A stretch of 35,933 nt of DNA from an archaeon (lineage in GTDB: Archaea; Nanobdellota; Nanobdellia; WJKC01). Below the pieces are notes generated by a model. The model searched no databases, had not been told where the DNA came from, and saw nothing but the letters and a program-made list of their open reading frames with translations. The DNA lies in NCBI GenBank assembly GCA_014729335.1, contig WJKC01000005.1, forward strand, positions 1 to 35,933, given 5' to 3'. Made by a program: the position numbers and the translations under genes. This document shows positions 17,770-27,800 of the stretch, piece by piece. Each line of letters opens with the position of its first letter. The first letter of the stretch is position 1.

Positions 17770-19365
17770 ATGGTCACAGTTGCAGAGGACATAGCCAAAA
17801 CCATTAAGCAGACAAGCGTTGCAGAATTCTTTGAACGTAACCGCCACTTACTTGGTTTTGACTCAAAGATTAAAGCTCTAATCACGTGCGTAAAGGAAAC
17901 AGTTGATAACAGCCTGGATGCTTGTGAAGAAATGATTTACAAACATAAAAAAAAGAAAAAGGACTACTCTCTCCCTGAGATAATCGTCTCAGTTAAGGAC
18001 TTAAAAGATGATAATTACTTAATCAAGGTTATTGACAACGGGCCAGGCATTGTTAAGAAACAAGTGCCGCAGGTATTCACCCGGTTATTATACGGCTCAA
18101 AATTCCATCAATTAAAGCAGGGCAGGGGGCAGCAGGGAATAGGTGTCAGCGCTGCAGTACTATACGCCCAGTTAAGCACTGGCAAAGCAGCACACGTTGT
18201 CAGCAAGATTAACAGCAATTCACCAGCGTATTACTATGACCTAAGGATTGATACTCTTAAAAACAGGCCTGAAATAGTTAGTGAAGGCAAGCTTGAAAAA
18301 TTTGAGTTCGACCACGGAACAGAGGTAGTATTAGAGATTGAAGGCACCTACTTATCAAAAGGCGAGAAAAGTGTTTACGAGTACCTAAGGAGGACAAGCA
18401 TTGTTAACCCTCATGTTAGGATTTCATTCATCACACCTGAAGGTAAGAAGATTACCTTCCCAAGAGTAACCGAGCAAGTGCCTAAAGAAACTAAAAGCAT
18501 CAAGCCCCACCCATACGGCATTGACGTCGGCACAATGATTAAAATGGCTCAAGCAACCAAGTCAAGGACTTTCAAGTCATTCCTAATGAATGACTTCAGC
18601 CGGATGGGTGCTAAAACCGTCAACAACATTCTTAAGAAAGCTGAGATAAGCCCCCGGTACCGACCTGCAGAACTAACCCGCGAGCAGTACAGCAAGGTTG
18701 TTAAGATAATGCAGAAATCAAAAATAATGAACCCCCCAACTGACTGCCTTAGCCCTATTGGCGACGCCGCATTAAGAAAGAGCTTGAAAACAGACCTGGA
18801 CGCTGAGTTCGTGACAACCGTGAGCCGCTCACCAAGTGTTTACAAAGGCAACCCATTCCTTGTTGAAGCAGCCATTGCCTACGGCGGCAGCATGCCGTCT
18901 GAAAAGAGCGTTGACCTAATACGATTCGCTAACAAGGTGCCGTTGCAATACAACGCCGGCGCGTGCGCGACCTCAGAGGTTGTTAAGAAGATTGACTGGC
19001 GTCGTTACGGCCTCAACCAGAGCGGGGGGTCAGGCGTTCCTGTGGGACCGGCAATGATACTAGTGCACATGGCGAGCACGTGGATTCCATTCACAAGCGA
19101 GAGCAAGTCAGCAATCGCTCATTACAAGCCAATCATGAAGGAAATGAAACTGGCTGTACAGGACTGCGCCCGAGACTTAAAGAAGTACTTACGGAGAAAG
19201 AACCGGGCTCGCAGGGAGAAAATGAAGGTTAACACCTTCATCAAGTACGGTAAGGAACTGGTTAACCCCTTAGCCTTAATCAGCGAGTATAAAAAAGAAA
19301 AAGTTAACAAGATTATCAACCATTCATTAAAAGAGCGTTATGGTGACTTAATCAATGGTGAGTAA
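17770..19365 (+). CDS. top6B: DNA topoisomerase VI subunit B (ATG 17770; ORF track starts 17701)
   Basis: SVAEFFERN...KETVDNSLDACE, DNGPGI, GSKF, GRGQQGIG, RFANKVPL. Confidence 0.97.
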   Translation: MVTVAEDIAKTIKQTSVAEFFERNRHLLGFDSKIKALITCVKETVDNSLDACEEMIYKHKKKKKDYSLPEIIVSVKDLKDDNYLIKVIDNGPGIVKKQVPQVFTRLLYGSKFHQLKQGRGQQGIGVSAAVLYAQLSTGKAAHVVSKINSNSPAYYYDLRIDTLKNRPEIVSEGKLEKFEFDHGTEVVLEIEGTYLSKGEKSVYEYLRRTSIVNPHVRISFITPEGKKITFPRVTEQVPKETKSIKPHPYGIDVGTMIKMAQATKSRTFKSFLMNDFSRMGAKTVNNILKKAEISPRYRPAELTREQYSKVVKIMQKSKIMNPPTDCLSPIGDAALRKSLKTDLDAEFVTTVSRSPSVYKGNPFLVEAAIAYGGSMPSEKSVDLIRFANKVPLQYNAGACATSEVVKKIDWRRYGLNQSGGSGVPVGPAMILVHMASTWIPFTSESKSAIAHYKPIMKEMKLAVQDCARDLKKYLRRKNRARREKMKVNTFIKYGKELVNPLALISEYKKEKVNKIINHSLKERYGDLINGE

Positions 19366-20455
19366 GCGCAATAAAAAATTATTAGAGAACCTGGAGAACA
19401 TTGGAAATAAGGTTATCAAGGATTTTGAGAAGAACAAGAACCCCACTATTAAAATCCCTTCCAGAACACTGTCAAACGTTTACTTTGATGAGAAGAAGGG
19501 GATGCTGGCACTGGGCGATAAGATGATTGACCGTAACTACTTCAACCTATCACAGGCTAAGAAGTTCATGCAGACGCTGCTAATCGCGAGTAAATTGAAA
19601 GAAGTGCTTCAGAAAGGGAACACTGTTGGTCTGCGCCAGTTATTCTATATGAGCAAGCACACGCTTGAAGGATTAGAAGAGAACACCTTTGATAACCAGG
19701 ATGAGAGCGACCCGGTTGTTGAAGACATTGAAGGACTGCTTGACGCGCTTAGAGAAGAGCTTGGCATATTCGCTGCTACTAAAGGTAAAATGGCTGGTCC
19801 TTTAAAGATAAGGGATAAGGGAGACTTAATTAACACTAGCAAGCTGGGCAGCAGCGGCTACGGCATCCCCAGCATAGTGGAGGACCACGCCATCCAACTT
19901 GAGGACCATGACGCCAAGTTCATACTAGTCATTGAGAAAGAGCAGATGTGGAACCGATTAAACGAGGATAAGTTCTGGAAAAAACATAACTGCATCATCC
20001 TAACAGGCAAGGGACAACCAGCACGCGGTGACCGTCGTATGGTTAGGCGCTTGCATGAAGAACTGAAACTGCCTGTTTATGTCTTCACGGACATGGATAT
20101 CTGGGGCTACTACATCTACAGCGTCTATAAACAGGGAAGCATTAACCTAGCTCACTTCAGCACTAAGGCAGCAGTACCTGACGCCAAGTTCCTCGGGTTC
20201 AAGACCAGCGACATCAAACGGTTTGACATACCAAAAGAGCACTGGATTAAGATGAACAAGGGGGACTTAAAGCGCATCAGGGAGATAAAGGACTACGACT
20301 GGTTCAAGAATGATAAGAAATGGCAGAAAGAGTTCAAAGCACTAGTGAAATTCGGACACAAGATAGAGCAGGACGCACTAGTAGCTAAGGGCATTGAGTT
20401 CACGAGCAAAGACTACCTGCCAGTCAAGATTAAAGAAAAAGACTGGATAGACTGA
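19355..20455 (+). CDS. top6A: DNA topoisomerase VI subunit A
   Basis: LRQLFY catalytic Tyr, TOPRIM IEK...GKGQP...FTDMDIWG, KIEQDAL. Confidence 0.97.
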   Translation: MVSKRNKKLLENLENIGNKVIKDFEKNKNPTIKIPSRTLSNVYFDEKKGMLALGDKMIDRNYFNLSQAKKFMQTLLIASKLKEVLQKGNTVGLRQLFYMSKHTLEGLEENTFDNQDESDPVVEDIEGLLDALREELGIFAATKGKMAGPLKIRDKGDLINTSKLGSSGYGIPSIVEDHAIQLEDHDAKFILVIEKEQMWNRLNEDKFWKKHNCIILTGKGQPARGDRRMVRRLHEELKLPVYVFTDMDIWGYYIYSVYKQGSINLAHFSTKAAVPDAKFLGFKTSDIKRFDIPKEHWIKMNKGDLKRIREIKDYDWFKNDKKWQKEFKALVKFGHKIEQDALVAKGIEFTSKDYLPVKIKEKDWID

Positions 20456-20554
20456 AAAACTCCAAAAGGTCTTCACCCCAAAATCGAGGCTGGGAGCGAC
20501 TGAACCCCGTAAATAAAAAAGCATTTAAAGTGAATTCCAATTATTCTATTCATT

Positions 20555-20627
20555 GCCTCGATAGCTCAGTAGGTAGAGCACATGGCTGTTAACCATGTGG
20601 TCGCAGGTTCGAGTCCTGCTCGAGGCG
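20555..20627 (+). tRNA. tRNA-Asn(GTT), CCA not encoded
   Basis: Acceptor GCCTCGA/TCGAGGC, anticodon arm CATGG-CTGTTAA-CCATG, T arm GCAGG-TTCGAGT-CCTGC; TATA-like TTTAAAG about 31 nt upstream. Confidence 0.97.
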
Positions 20628-20691
20628 CTCCTAGCTTTATTTAACACTAAAAACAACACTTAAAAACACAAAAGTCATCCTATAAAAACAA

Positions 20692-21585
20692 ATGGTTAAG
20701 TGCCCGACCTGCGGAGGAGAAGCTACTTACGTGCAGCAATACAACCGTTACTACTGTTACAAATGCAAACAATACCTGCCGCAACAAGTTAAAGCACCGC
20801 AATCAACCAAGACTGGCCAGGCATTAAAACAGGCAAGCAAGGAGACAAAGATGCAGAATAACATCGGGGTTATTAACAGCTTGAAAAAAGGCACTAAATT
20901 ATTATTCAAGAACCCGGCGTTCTTCGTGCTAGCAGCTATTCCACTAACAGCCCAGGTATTAGCCACCCTGTTACTGCAAGCAGGCATTGGCCAATTAATG
21001 CAGACAGTAACCAACACCTTAATGACAGCGGTTACGACAATGAACATAAACACAATAATATCAATACTAATGGGCCCGTTAATAATAACCATCATAACCT
21101 ACGCGGTTATAGCTTTAGTACTAATGCCAATAGTCCACATAGGATTACTATTCGGTTCAAAGATGGCAATAACCCAAGGAGAAGTAAGCCTTGGACCAGT
21201 GCTAAAACAATCATTCAAGAAACTAGGCAGGTACTACCTGGGAATAATACTATTATTACTAATAAGCCTGATACCAATCGCTGGCATATTCATAACACTA
21301 ATAATGAGCTTCCTGCTGCAAGTACTAGTAATAGAGGATAAAGGAATAGGCGAGTCAGTCAAGCACGCCTGGAAATTAGGAGTAAAGAACATAGGGAAAC
21401 TACTAGTATTCGGCATCATAGGACTAGCCCTATTAATAGCTTCAGGACTGCTATTAAACCTGTTATCAGGGCTGGGAAACATCGGCTCAATAATCACGTC
21501 AGTAATAACCATATTAATACTATACCCATTATTCAGCTTATTCAACAACGTGTTATACCTGGAAGGCATTAACAAAGAATTCTGA
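20692..21585 (+). CDS. Membrane protein with N-terminal zinc ribbon
   Basis: CPTCGG...YNRYYCYKC followed by about 6 hydrophobic helices. Confidence 0.75.
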   Translation: MVKCPTCGGEATYVQQYNRYYCYKCKQYLPQQVKAPQSTKTGQALKQASKETKMQNNIGVINSLKKGTKLLFKNPAFFVLAAIPLTAQVLATLLLQAGIGQLMQTVTNTLMTAVTTMNINTIISILMGPLIITIITYAVIALVLMPIVHIGLLFGSKMAITQGEVSLGPVLKQSFKKLGRYYLGIILLLLISLIPIAGIFITLIMSFLLQVLVIEDKGIGESVKHAWKLGVKNIGKLLVFGIIGLALLIASGLLLNLLSGLGNIGSIITSVITILILYPLFSLFNNVLYLEGINKEF

Positions 21586-22111
21586 TAAAATCCTCAAGCC
21601 TCTTAAACTCAAAACTTAATTTATCAATGTCTTTACAGAAGAATTCGAACAGAATAAAAGTATTCTCATTAGCAAAGAAGCGCTTATCAGGGAAGCCCTC
21701 TGTCAACGAGTACAAGAACGGGTTGCAGTCAATCGCAAGGTCTGCGAAATAAGAAGGGTTCCTAACCAGTAATGACAAGTCATTATCAAAAGCCTCAGTA
21801 AAAGCATCTTCTAAAGAATGATTATACAAGGATAACTCACTAATAGAACTAGTTGCTGGTTTAAGGTCAAGACCCGCGCCGTAATCACGAACAGTTAATC
21901 CCTGACCAACCAGTAAAGCCCTAACATAACTAGTTGAAACAGGCACCTTATTAGTTGAATTAAGATTAATCAAAACAGAGTTCTTAAAATACTTTAAATA
22001 AGCATCCTCTTCTTGTGCATTAATCAACTTAGGGCCCTTAAGCTTACCAGCAAATTGGTTAACTGCTTCAAGAGGGTTCTCATTATAGATAACGTGAACG
22101 TTCATTAACAA
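21569..22111 (-). CDS. Hypothetical protein
   Basis: 180-aa ORF co-oriented with mscL with the same T-rich codon style; no recognisable motif. Confidence 0.6.
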   Translation of the reverse strand: MLMNVHVIYNENPLEAVNQFAGKLKGPKLINAQEEDAYLKYFKNSVLINLNSTNKVPVSTSYVRALLVGQGLTVRDYGAGLDLKPATSSISELSLYNHSLEDAFTEAFDNDLSLLVRNPSYFADLAIDCNPFLYSLTEGFPDKRFFANENTFILFEFFCKDIDKLSFEFKRLEDFIRILC

Positions 22112-22140
22112 GAATTAACAGTTGAAATACTATTAAAACC

Positions 22141-22455
22141 TTATGATTCATCAGCTTTAAGACTCTTACTTAATGCCCTGACAAAAAAGAAGATTACCAA
22201 AGAGATAATCACAAAGTCAATGAGCGAGGCTATGAAAGAGCCGAGCTTGATAGCAAAGGGCCCTAACTGCAGAACATAATCCCGCCAAGCGTCAATAGTA
22301 GTGAAACCTAATAAGGGATTAAACAACGGCATTATAACATCACTCACCAGTGAAGTGACTATGTCATCAACCGCCCTGCCAAGAACAAAAGCAACAGCCA
22401 AGCTCAGAACCTCATACTTCCTTAAGAAAGTCTTAAAATCATCCCAAAAACCCAT
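22141..22455 (-). CDS. mscL: Large-conductance mechanosensitive channel
   Basis: FWDDFKTFL...VLSLAVAFVLG.A...IVTSLVSDVIMP...GSFIASLIDFVII. Confidence 0.92.
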   Translation of the reverse strand: MGFWDDFKTFLRKYEVLSLAVAFVLGRAVDDIVTSLVSDVIMPLFNPLLGFTTIDAWRDYVLQLGPFAIKLGSFIASLIDFVIISLVIFFFVRALSKSLKADES

Positions 22456-22476
22456 TAAGAAACACTAAACAATCCG

Positions 22477-24585
22477 TTACTTTTTTAGTTTTCGCTTAAA
22501 AAATAACACAATATTATCAGAGTACAGCCAGCCAAGAAAAGAAAAAATAAGAACTGGGTAGCCAATAACTAAAAAGAAGATAATCAACAAGTAATCAACT
22601 GCTTCATTACTAAAAGATTCAACACCCACCACGTCGCTCATACGGAAAAGAACAGAGTCGCCCGTAACCAGTGACAAATCAGCTGATAAGTCAGCAAAAG
22701 GTATGAAGACCTCGCCGTCAGTGAAGGCGGAGATAATCACTGGGGATGAATTACCAGATGAGTTAACCAGTAACTCATGACTACTGGAGTCAGGGTTAGA
22801 CACGTGAATCACCAAGCCAGAATTATTCAAATCAAAACTAACACTATTAATTGATAAGTTGCCATGAGTAACCTCATCATTAACAATAATAACAAAACTC
22901 TTTGTAAATAACTCATCAGCAACCAACCCACTAATACTCAACGGGTAAGCACCGCTGGAGATATTAGAAGGAAAAACATTCAACAAAGCACTAGCCCCAG
23001 CAGGAGGAACCACCACTTCCTCAGGAACAACAACCCACTCAGGAATACTTGACTGATTAAAAAAGACCGTGACAGGGGTTGAATAATCACTTGAGAAATT
23101 AATAGAAGAGGAAACACTAGTGCCGTTAGACTCAATTAATAACGGGAACTCAATTAATACGTCCCCGACGCTAAAAACAGGGGACTTAGACTGGTTAATA
23201 ATGAATAACTCGCTCTTAACCAATCCCTCATAACGAGCAATCACTAAAGCGTAACCGGTTAACACCTCATTAAAAGAGAAACCCCCCTGAGGGCTGGAAG
23301 TAACAGACTCCACTAACTCGCCGTCAATATATAATTCCACACTAGTAGCAAGGGGTGTGCCGTCACTAAGACCAACACTGCCGCTAATTAACGAGTCATT
23401 AACACTTGACTCCAACACTAAGTCATTAACAACTAATACGCCGTCAACAAACCCCTGATTACCAGAGTCATCAGAAACCCTAATCGTGAAATCGTAATCA
23501 CCAATAGTTAAATTAACATCAAGGAATAAGCGGTAAAGACCGCCCTCCTCAACAACCCTTAAGATACCACCAGGCAAGCCGGATAAACTAAACGAGGGTT
23601 TATCAACCACGTCATCAACACTAACAATTATAGAAGCATTCTCACCAGACAATAAAGAGGAGTCAACAACTTCAATCATTAATTCATCAGAAACAATAAC
23701 TGAAGTGTTAAAATAACCAGTATTACCACTATCCTCAGCAGCCAGGTTAATCAACCACTCACCAGGCTCATTAAACAATAAGTCCTTGCAGAAAACACTG
23801 CCGCAAGGATTTAACTGAACATTAAAAGACTCAGACTCAGGGGGGGTGACAGTCGCGTTAATAACATTACCTGCAAAAAACTCATTATTAGCATAACCAG
23901 CACTAACCCTTAAAGAATGAGAACCCATCCTGATAAAACGATCACTTTCAAGCCTTAACACCAAATTAGTTGGCAGCACGTTAAAAAACTCGACATCACT
24001 AATAACATTAAATAAATCACTTGAATGATTAACCCATACGCGCCAAGAAGATAATAAAGCGTCAACTGGTAACTCAAAAGAGCCAGAGTAGCCACCGTTA
24101 TCTTTATCCAAGTAAGCAGTGAAAGAATTAACCGAGTCATTAAGCATGAAGGGAATATTATCAATACCAGCCGAGCCATTAACAACTTCAACCCCTGCTC
24201 TAACACTAATAGTATCACCCCGGTTAAAAGAAGAATTATCAATTATCAAATCAAGAACCAAGAAGTTCTTCAGGTAAAGCAAGGCGTTGCTCTTATCAAG
24301 AATTGAGTTAGCAATCAAGTAAGCACTAGAGCCATTAACCCCTGATAAGTCAATAGAACTATTCCAGAAACCATTACTATCAGGCGGCACAGAACCGCAG
24401 AAGGTTTCAACACCAGCCGCAGGGTCATAAACTGACAGGGCAATATCACCCCCTTCATCAGTCACGCCGACAACATTAATAACCCCCCGGCTGATAATCG
24501 CTCCATTCTTAGGTGAAGAAATAATAACCTTAGAAAAAGCCGGGCTTAATAATAAGAATAATAAAACCAGAACTAGCCTGCGCAT
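22477..24585 (-). CDS. Acidic multi-Ig-like cell-surface protein with signal peptide and C-terminal TM anchor
   Basis: Sec signal MRRLVLVLLFLLLSPAFS; repeated beta units ending xxDDSGNxG / AEDSGNTG; C-terminal hydrophobic helix plus KRKLKK. Confidence 0.8.
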   Translation of the reverse strand: MRRLVLVLLFLLLSPAFSKVIISSPKNGAIISRGVINVVGVTDEGGDIALSVYDPAAGVETFCGSVPPDSNGFWNSSIDLSGVNGSSAYLIANSILDKSNALLYLKNFLVLDLIIDNSSFNRGDTISVRAGVEVVNGSAGIDNIPFMLNDSVNSFTAYLDKDNGGYSGSFELPVDALLSSWRVWVNHSSDLFNVISDVEFFNVLPTNLVLRLESDRFIRMGSHSLRVSAGYANNEFFAGNVINATVTPPESESFNVQLNPCGSVFCKDLLFNEPGEWLINLAAEDSGNTGYFNTSVIVSDELMIEVVDSSLLSGENASIIVSVDDVVDKPSFSLSGLPGGILRVVEEGGLYRLFLDVNLTIGDYDFTIRVSDDSGNQGFVDGVLVVNDLVLESSVNDSLISGSVGLSDGTPLATSVELYIDGELVESVTSSPQGGFSFNEVLTGYALVIARYEGLVKSELFIINQSKSPVFSVGDVLIEFPLLIESNGTSVSSSINFSSDYSTPVTVFFNQSSIPEWVVVPEEVVVPPAGASALLNVFPSNISSGAYPLSISGLVADELFTKSFVIIVNDEVTHGNLSINSVSFDLNNSGLVIHVSNPDSSSHELLVNSSGNSSPVIISAFTDGEVFIPFADLSADLSLVTGDSVLFRMSDVVGVESFSNEAVDYLLIIFFLVIGYPVLIFSFLGWLYSDNIVLFFKRKLKK

Positions 24586-24619
24586 AGAACTAAACTAGGA
24601 AATCATTGTTTAAAAGGGT

Positions 24620-24880
24620 TTACGAAAAAGAGTACTTCTTCCTGATTGACTCATGAACAACCCACACGCAGCTCAGACCCTTAGGAAATACCACCCAGTC
24701 GCCTGGTCCAAAACTAACCTCTTGATTATCAGCCTTAACAGTTGCCCTGCCCTTAATGATATAACAAGTCTCCACCTCATCATAGTGCCATTCAAAAGTG
24801 CTGGGCTCACAGCTCCACTCAGGCCAGGACTCAACCTCCCTTACATCGGCCTCAGTAGCCTCTCTCACCTTTATTTTCAT
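24620..24880 (-). CDS. Cupin domain protein (DUF861/Cupin_3)
   Basis: W..WSCEPSTFEWHYDEVETCYIIKG...FGPGDWVVFPKGLSCVW.V...IRK.Y. Confidence 0.9.
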   Translation of the reverse strand: MKIKVREATEADVREVESWPEWSCEPSTFEWHYDEVETCYIIKGRATVKADNQEVSFGPGDWVVFPKGLSCVWVVHESIRKKYSFS

Positions 24881-24959
24881 TAAGAAACCTAAAATAATCC
24901 TTGATTTAAAAGAATATGGGAATTCTTAAATATAACCCATAACTCAGTATTAGATAAGG

Positions 24960-26015
24960 ATGGATGAATTATTATTAAGGATGATGGGCCCGTTACTAAG
25001 AGCCATATACTTAATCCCGTTCGCCAGTTTCTTCATAATTAATAAGAGGAAAAAAGAGTTTGTCTACGAAACCGCTTATGACTCAATACTAGTGGGGATA
25101 ATCTTCGGCATACTGCACATATCATCATCATTCATAGTTGAAGGATTAATATTCACCGGGTCACTGCCAATAAACAACCCTAATGACTTATCAACCTACC
25201 AATTAATACCTAACGTATTCTTATTCATCTCATCAGGCTTGTTATTAATGGCATTGTACAAGGAGAGTAAGAAGATAATATCAAAATCAGACATAATCAA
25301 CATCACAATATACATATTACTAATATCCAGTGTAACTGCTTTCACTAATGAGAACCTATTATTCAGGTTAAACATAATATTATACTTCGTAGCCATCTAC
25401 TTCCTAATAAACACCCTGGTATTAACAGGTTTTTTCCTAGAGAAATACCAGCAAGACTATTACTTCGCAATCATAGGAGCAGTTATACTAACACTTGACC
25501 CGCTAATCTACCTGACAATGTATAATACTGTCTTCAACACCTTCCCGTCTCTTGACATGTTCTATTATTACAGGTACGCCCGCTACCTGGTAGGCTCAAT
25601 AGCCATCAGCTTCTTATTAATCCCGCACCTAAGATTCGCGCTGAAGTTGAAAAAGAAGAAAATAGTTGGTTACAGTAAAGAGGATACACTGGTTGAGAAC
25701 ACTATTAAACGATTATTCAACGAGACTCAGAAAATCTACGGCAGAGCAACCGGCAAGATATTCAAGAAAAGCTGCAACTTATACAAAAAAGAATTTAATA
25801 AAAAGATAGAGTGTCATAAACCATTTGAGTTCGAGAACTTATCCTACAGGGAGCAGAAAGAGTACCTTAAACTAATACTAAACATTTATGAAGAACTGCT
25901 CAGTGATAAATTAACCACTGCCCTACTAAAATCAATAAAAGACAATAAAAATGATGGGTTAATAGCTGAATGCGCGCCAAAAAAGGACATCAAGGATATA
26001 ATACTAAAAGTTTAA
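24960..26015 (+). CDS. Seven-TM membrane protein with C-terminal soluble helical domain
   Basis: About 7 hydrophobic segments in residues 1-225, then a basic linker and a ~120-aa charged helical region. Confidence 0.65.
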   Translation: MDELLLRMMGPLLRAIYLIPFASFFIINKRKKEFVYETAYDSILVGIIFGILHISSSFIVEGLIFTGSLPINNPNDLSTYQLIPNVFLFISSGLLLMALYKESKKIISKSDIINITIYILLISSVTAFTNENLLFRLNIILYFVAIYFLINTLVLTGFFLEKYQQDYYFAIIGAVILTLDPLIYLTMYNTVFNTFPSLDMFYYYRYARYLVGSIAISFLLIPHLRFALKLKKKKIVGYSKEDTLVENTIKRLFNETQKIYGRATGKIFKKSCNLYKKEFNKKIECHKPFEFENLSYREQKEYLKLILNIYEELLSDKLTTALLKSIKDNKNDGLIAECAPKKDIKDIILKV

Positions 26016-26665
26016 TAACTATAATCAAGAGCCACTCTAAGAACCTCTCTAAGATTACCCCATATGCTATTAATATTACTCCTTCTTAGAACTCCTTTAA
26101 CATTCATGTAAGTCCATCTTAAACCAGTCTGAGCTAAACTAACTGCTTTCTTCTTATTAAACAAGAAAAGAAAAGCAGCCATTAAGCACGCGCCCACTCC
26201 TGGAAGCGGCGCCTTAAATTTATCCCAGAAACCAATACTAGGATTTAAATCCTTAATCAAGTCCTCTCCATAAACAACTTTTCCTTCGCGCTTGATGTTG
26301 CTCCAGATAACCCCTTTAGGGATTAATAATTTAGAGAGCAACCGGCTGTCGCAGAAATTAAACCTCTTCTTACGCCAGCCCCCCTCATCAAATAAGAATA
26401 TATTCTTCTTAAAACCAATCAGGTTAAGGAAACGAGCAATCCTTAACTCAAGCCAGGTGTCACCTTCAACTGACAAGTCATCCTCTAAATCGTTAAGCTC
26501 TTTAACAAGCTCTTTAGTCTTGTCCTTAACAACCACTATCAGGTCAACATCACTGTCACCATTATAGTCGCCACGAGCATAGCTGCCAAAAACCATTATT
26601 GAAACAAGATTCTTTTTACCAACAACTTTCTTAACCTGTTTTGATAAAGTCTTCAGATTAACCAT
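26012..26665 (-). CDS. Pol-beta superfamily (MNT-like) nucleotidyltransferase with C-terminal extension
   Basis: VFGSYARG...DSDVDLIVVV motif. Confidence 0.85.
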   Translation of the reverse strand: MVNLKTLSKQVKKVVGKKNLVSIMVFGSYARGDYNGDSDVDLIVVVKDKTKELVKELNDLEDDLSVEGDTWLELRIARFLNLIGFKKNIFLFDEGGWRKKRFNFCDSRLLSKLLIPKGVIWSNIKREGKVVYGEDLIKDLNPSIGFWDKFKAPLPGVGACLMAAFLFLFNKKKAVSLAQTGLRWTYMNVKGVLRRSNINSIWGNLREVLRVALDYSY

Positions 26666-26747
26666 TAAGAACGGATTAAGAGTCTTCCTTTAAAAAGTTT
26701 TACCTATCAAAAATATTTAAAAAAGAAAGTGATAATCTAAACCTATA

Positions 26748-27800
26748 ATGTTAGGAGTATTCACTGACACATCGTCAAGAGTAGGCGGGGCTGAGCAGAG
26801 CATAAGGAACTGGTTTAAAGGGGAGCGGGTTAAGATTTTCTCCTCAAACCTTGAGAAGTTAATGAATATTAAATCAACATCTTATGACAATGAGATAAAA
26901 TATAACTTTAACTGGTTTAACTGGCCGTTAACACTAAGAAACCTTAGAAAAAGGATAAAACAACACGAGATTAACAAGGCGTTAATCAACCTGACAATCG
27001 GGCCAATAGGTATTGGCGGCTCATTATTTGTTAAGAAAAGAATAGTTAACTTTCACACTGATATAGAGTTTATAGAAAAAGCAATACCCAGGGTTTTCAG
27101 AGGAATAATTAGGCGTTCACTAAAAATAATCTGCCAGAAAGCCACTGAGTTAATAACTCCCTCAAAGCGGACTAGGGAGTTCTTAATTAACAATAACTGG
27201 CATGATAAAGTCACGGTTGTCAGCCCGGGCGTTGACATGAAGTTATTCAAAAAGGATGTTAAGAAAAGAAAACTAACCAGGCAGCGACTAGGAGTAAAAG
27301 ATGATGAGTTCTTAATGATTGACGTATCCAGGTTAACCCTTGATAAAAACCTCCCTGAACTAATCAAGACTGCTAACAAACTTGTTAATAAAAAAGTTAA
27401 GTTATTACTAGTTGGCGAAGGCAAGGAGGAGAAGATGCTAAAGGAGATAGCTGGCAGCAACGTTATATTTCAAGGATTCGTGCCCCATGAAGAGCTTGTT
27501 AATTATTATAACGCTGCTGACTTAATGACCCACCCGAGCAGTACAGAGTCTCTGGGGCTAAGCATGGCTGAGGCAATGGCCTGCAAGGTCCCTGTTATCA
27601 GCAATAAGTCAAAAGGGGCGATGGACTTAGTTAAAGGGGCAGGGGTTATCTATAAGGACTTAGAAAAAGAGGTGCTGAGGTTACTGGACGATGATAAAGA
27701 GCGCAAGAGGATTGGCAGGAAGTGCCACTCAAGGATTAAAAAAGAACACGACTTAGAGAAAGCAAAGGCTAAGATAAAGAAGGTGATTAATAACTTATGA
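26748..27800 (+). CDS. Glycosyltransferase family 4 (GT-B)
   Basis: GGAE near N-terminus, HT motif, SR...DKN, ESLGLSMAEAMACKVPVI. Confidence 0.92.
   Translation: MLGVFTDTSSRVGGAEQSIRNWFKGERVKIFSSNLEKLMNIKSTSYDNEIKYNFNWFNWPLTLRNLRKRIKQHEINKALINLTIGPIGIGGSLFVKKRIVNFHTDIEFIEKAIPRVFRGIIRRSLKIICQKATELITPSKRTREFLINNNWHDKVTVVSPGVDMKLFKKDVKKRKLTRQRLGVKDDEFLMIDVSRLTLDKNLPELIKTANKLVNKKVKLLLVGEGKEEKMLKEIAGSNVIFQGFVPHEELVNYYNAADLMTHPSSTESLGLSMAEAMACKVPVISNKSKGAMDLVKGAGVIYKDLEKEVLRLLDDDKERKRIGRKCHSRIKKEHDLEKAKAKIKKVINNL

Noticed and set aside
9627..20455. Inteins in RFC, MCM or topoisomerase VI
   Set aside because: Protein lengths are normal and Walker motifs are uninterrupted; no C/S...HN splice junction blocks or LAGLIDADG motifs.
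20441..20504. Possible degenerate duplication of the top6A 3' end (GACTGGATAGACTGAA versus GGCTGGGAGCGACTGAA)
   Set aside because: Only 7 contiguous identical bases and a weak hairpin; not distinguishable from chance by eye, though worth rechecking with a model of the trailer elements.
24960..26015. Microbial rhodopsin or heliorhodopsin
   Set aside because: No retinal-binding Lys in the seventh helix and no recognisable helix C motif.
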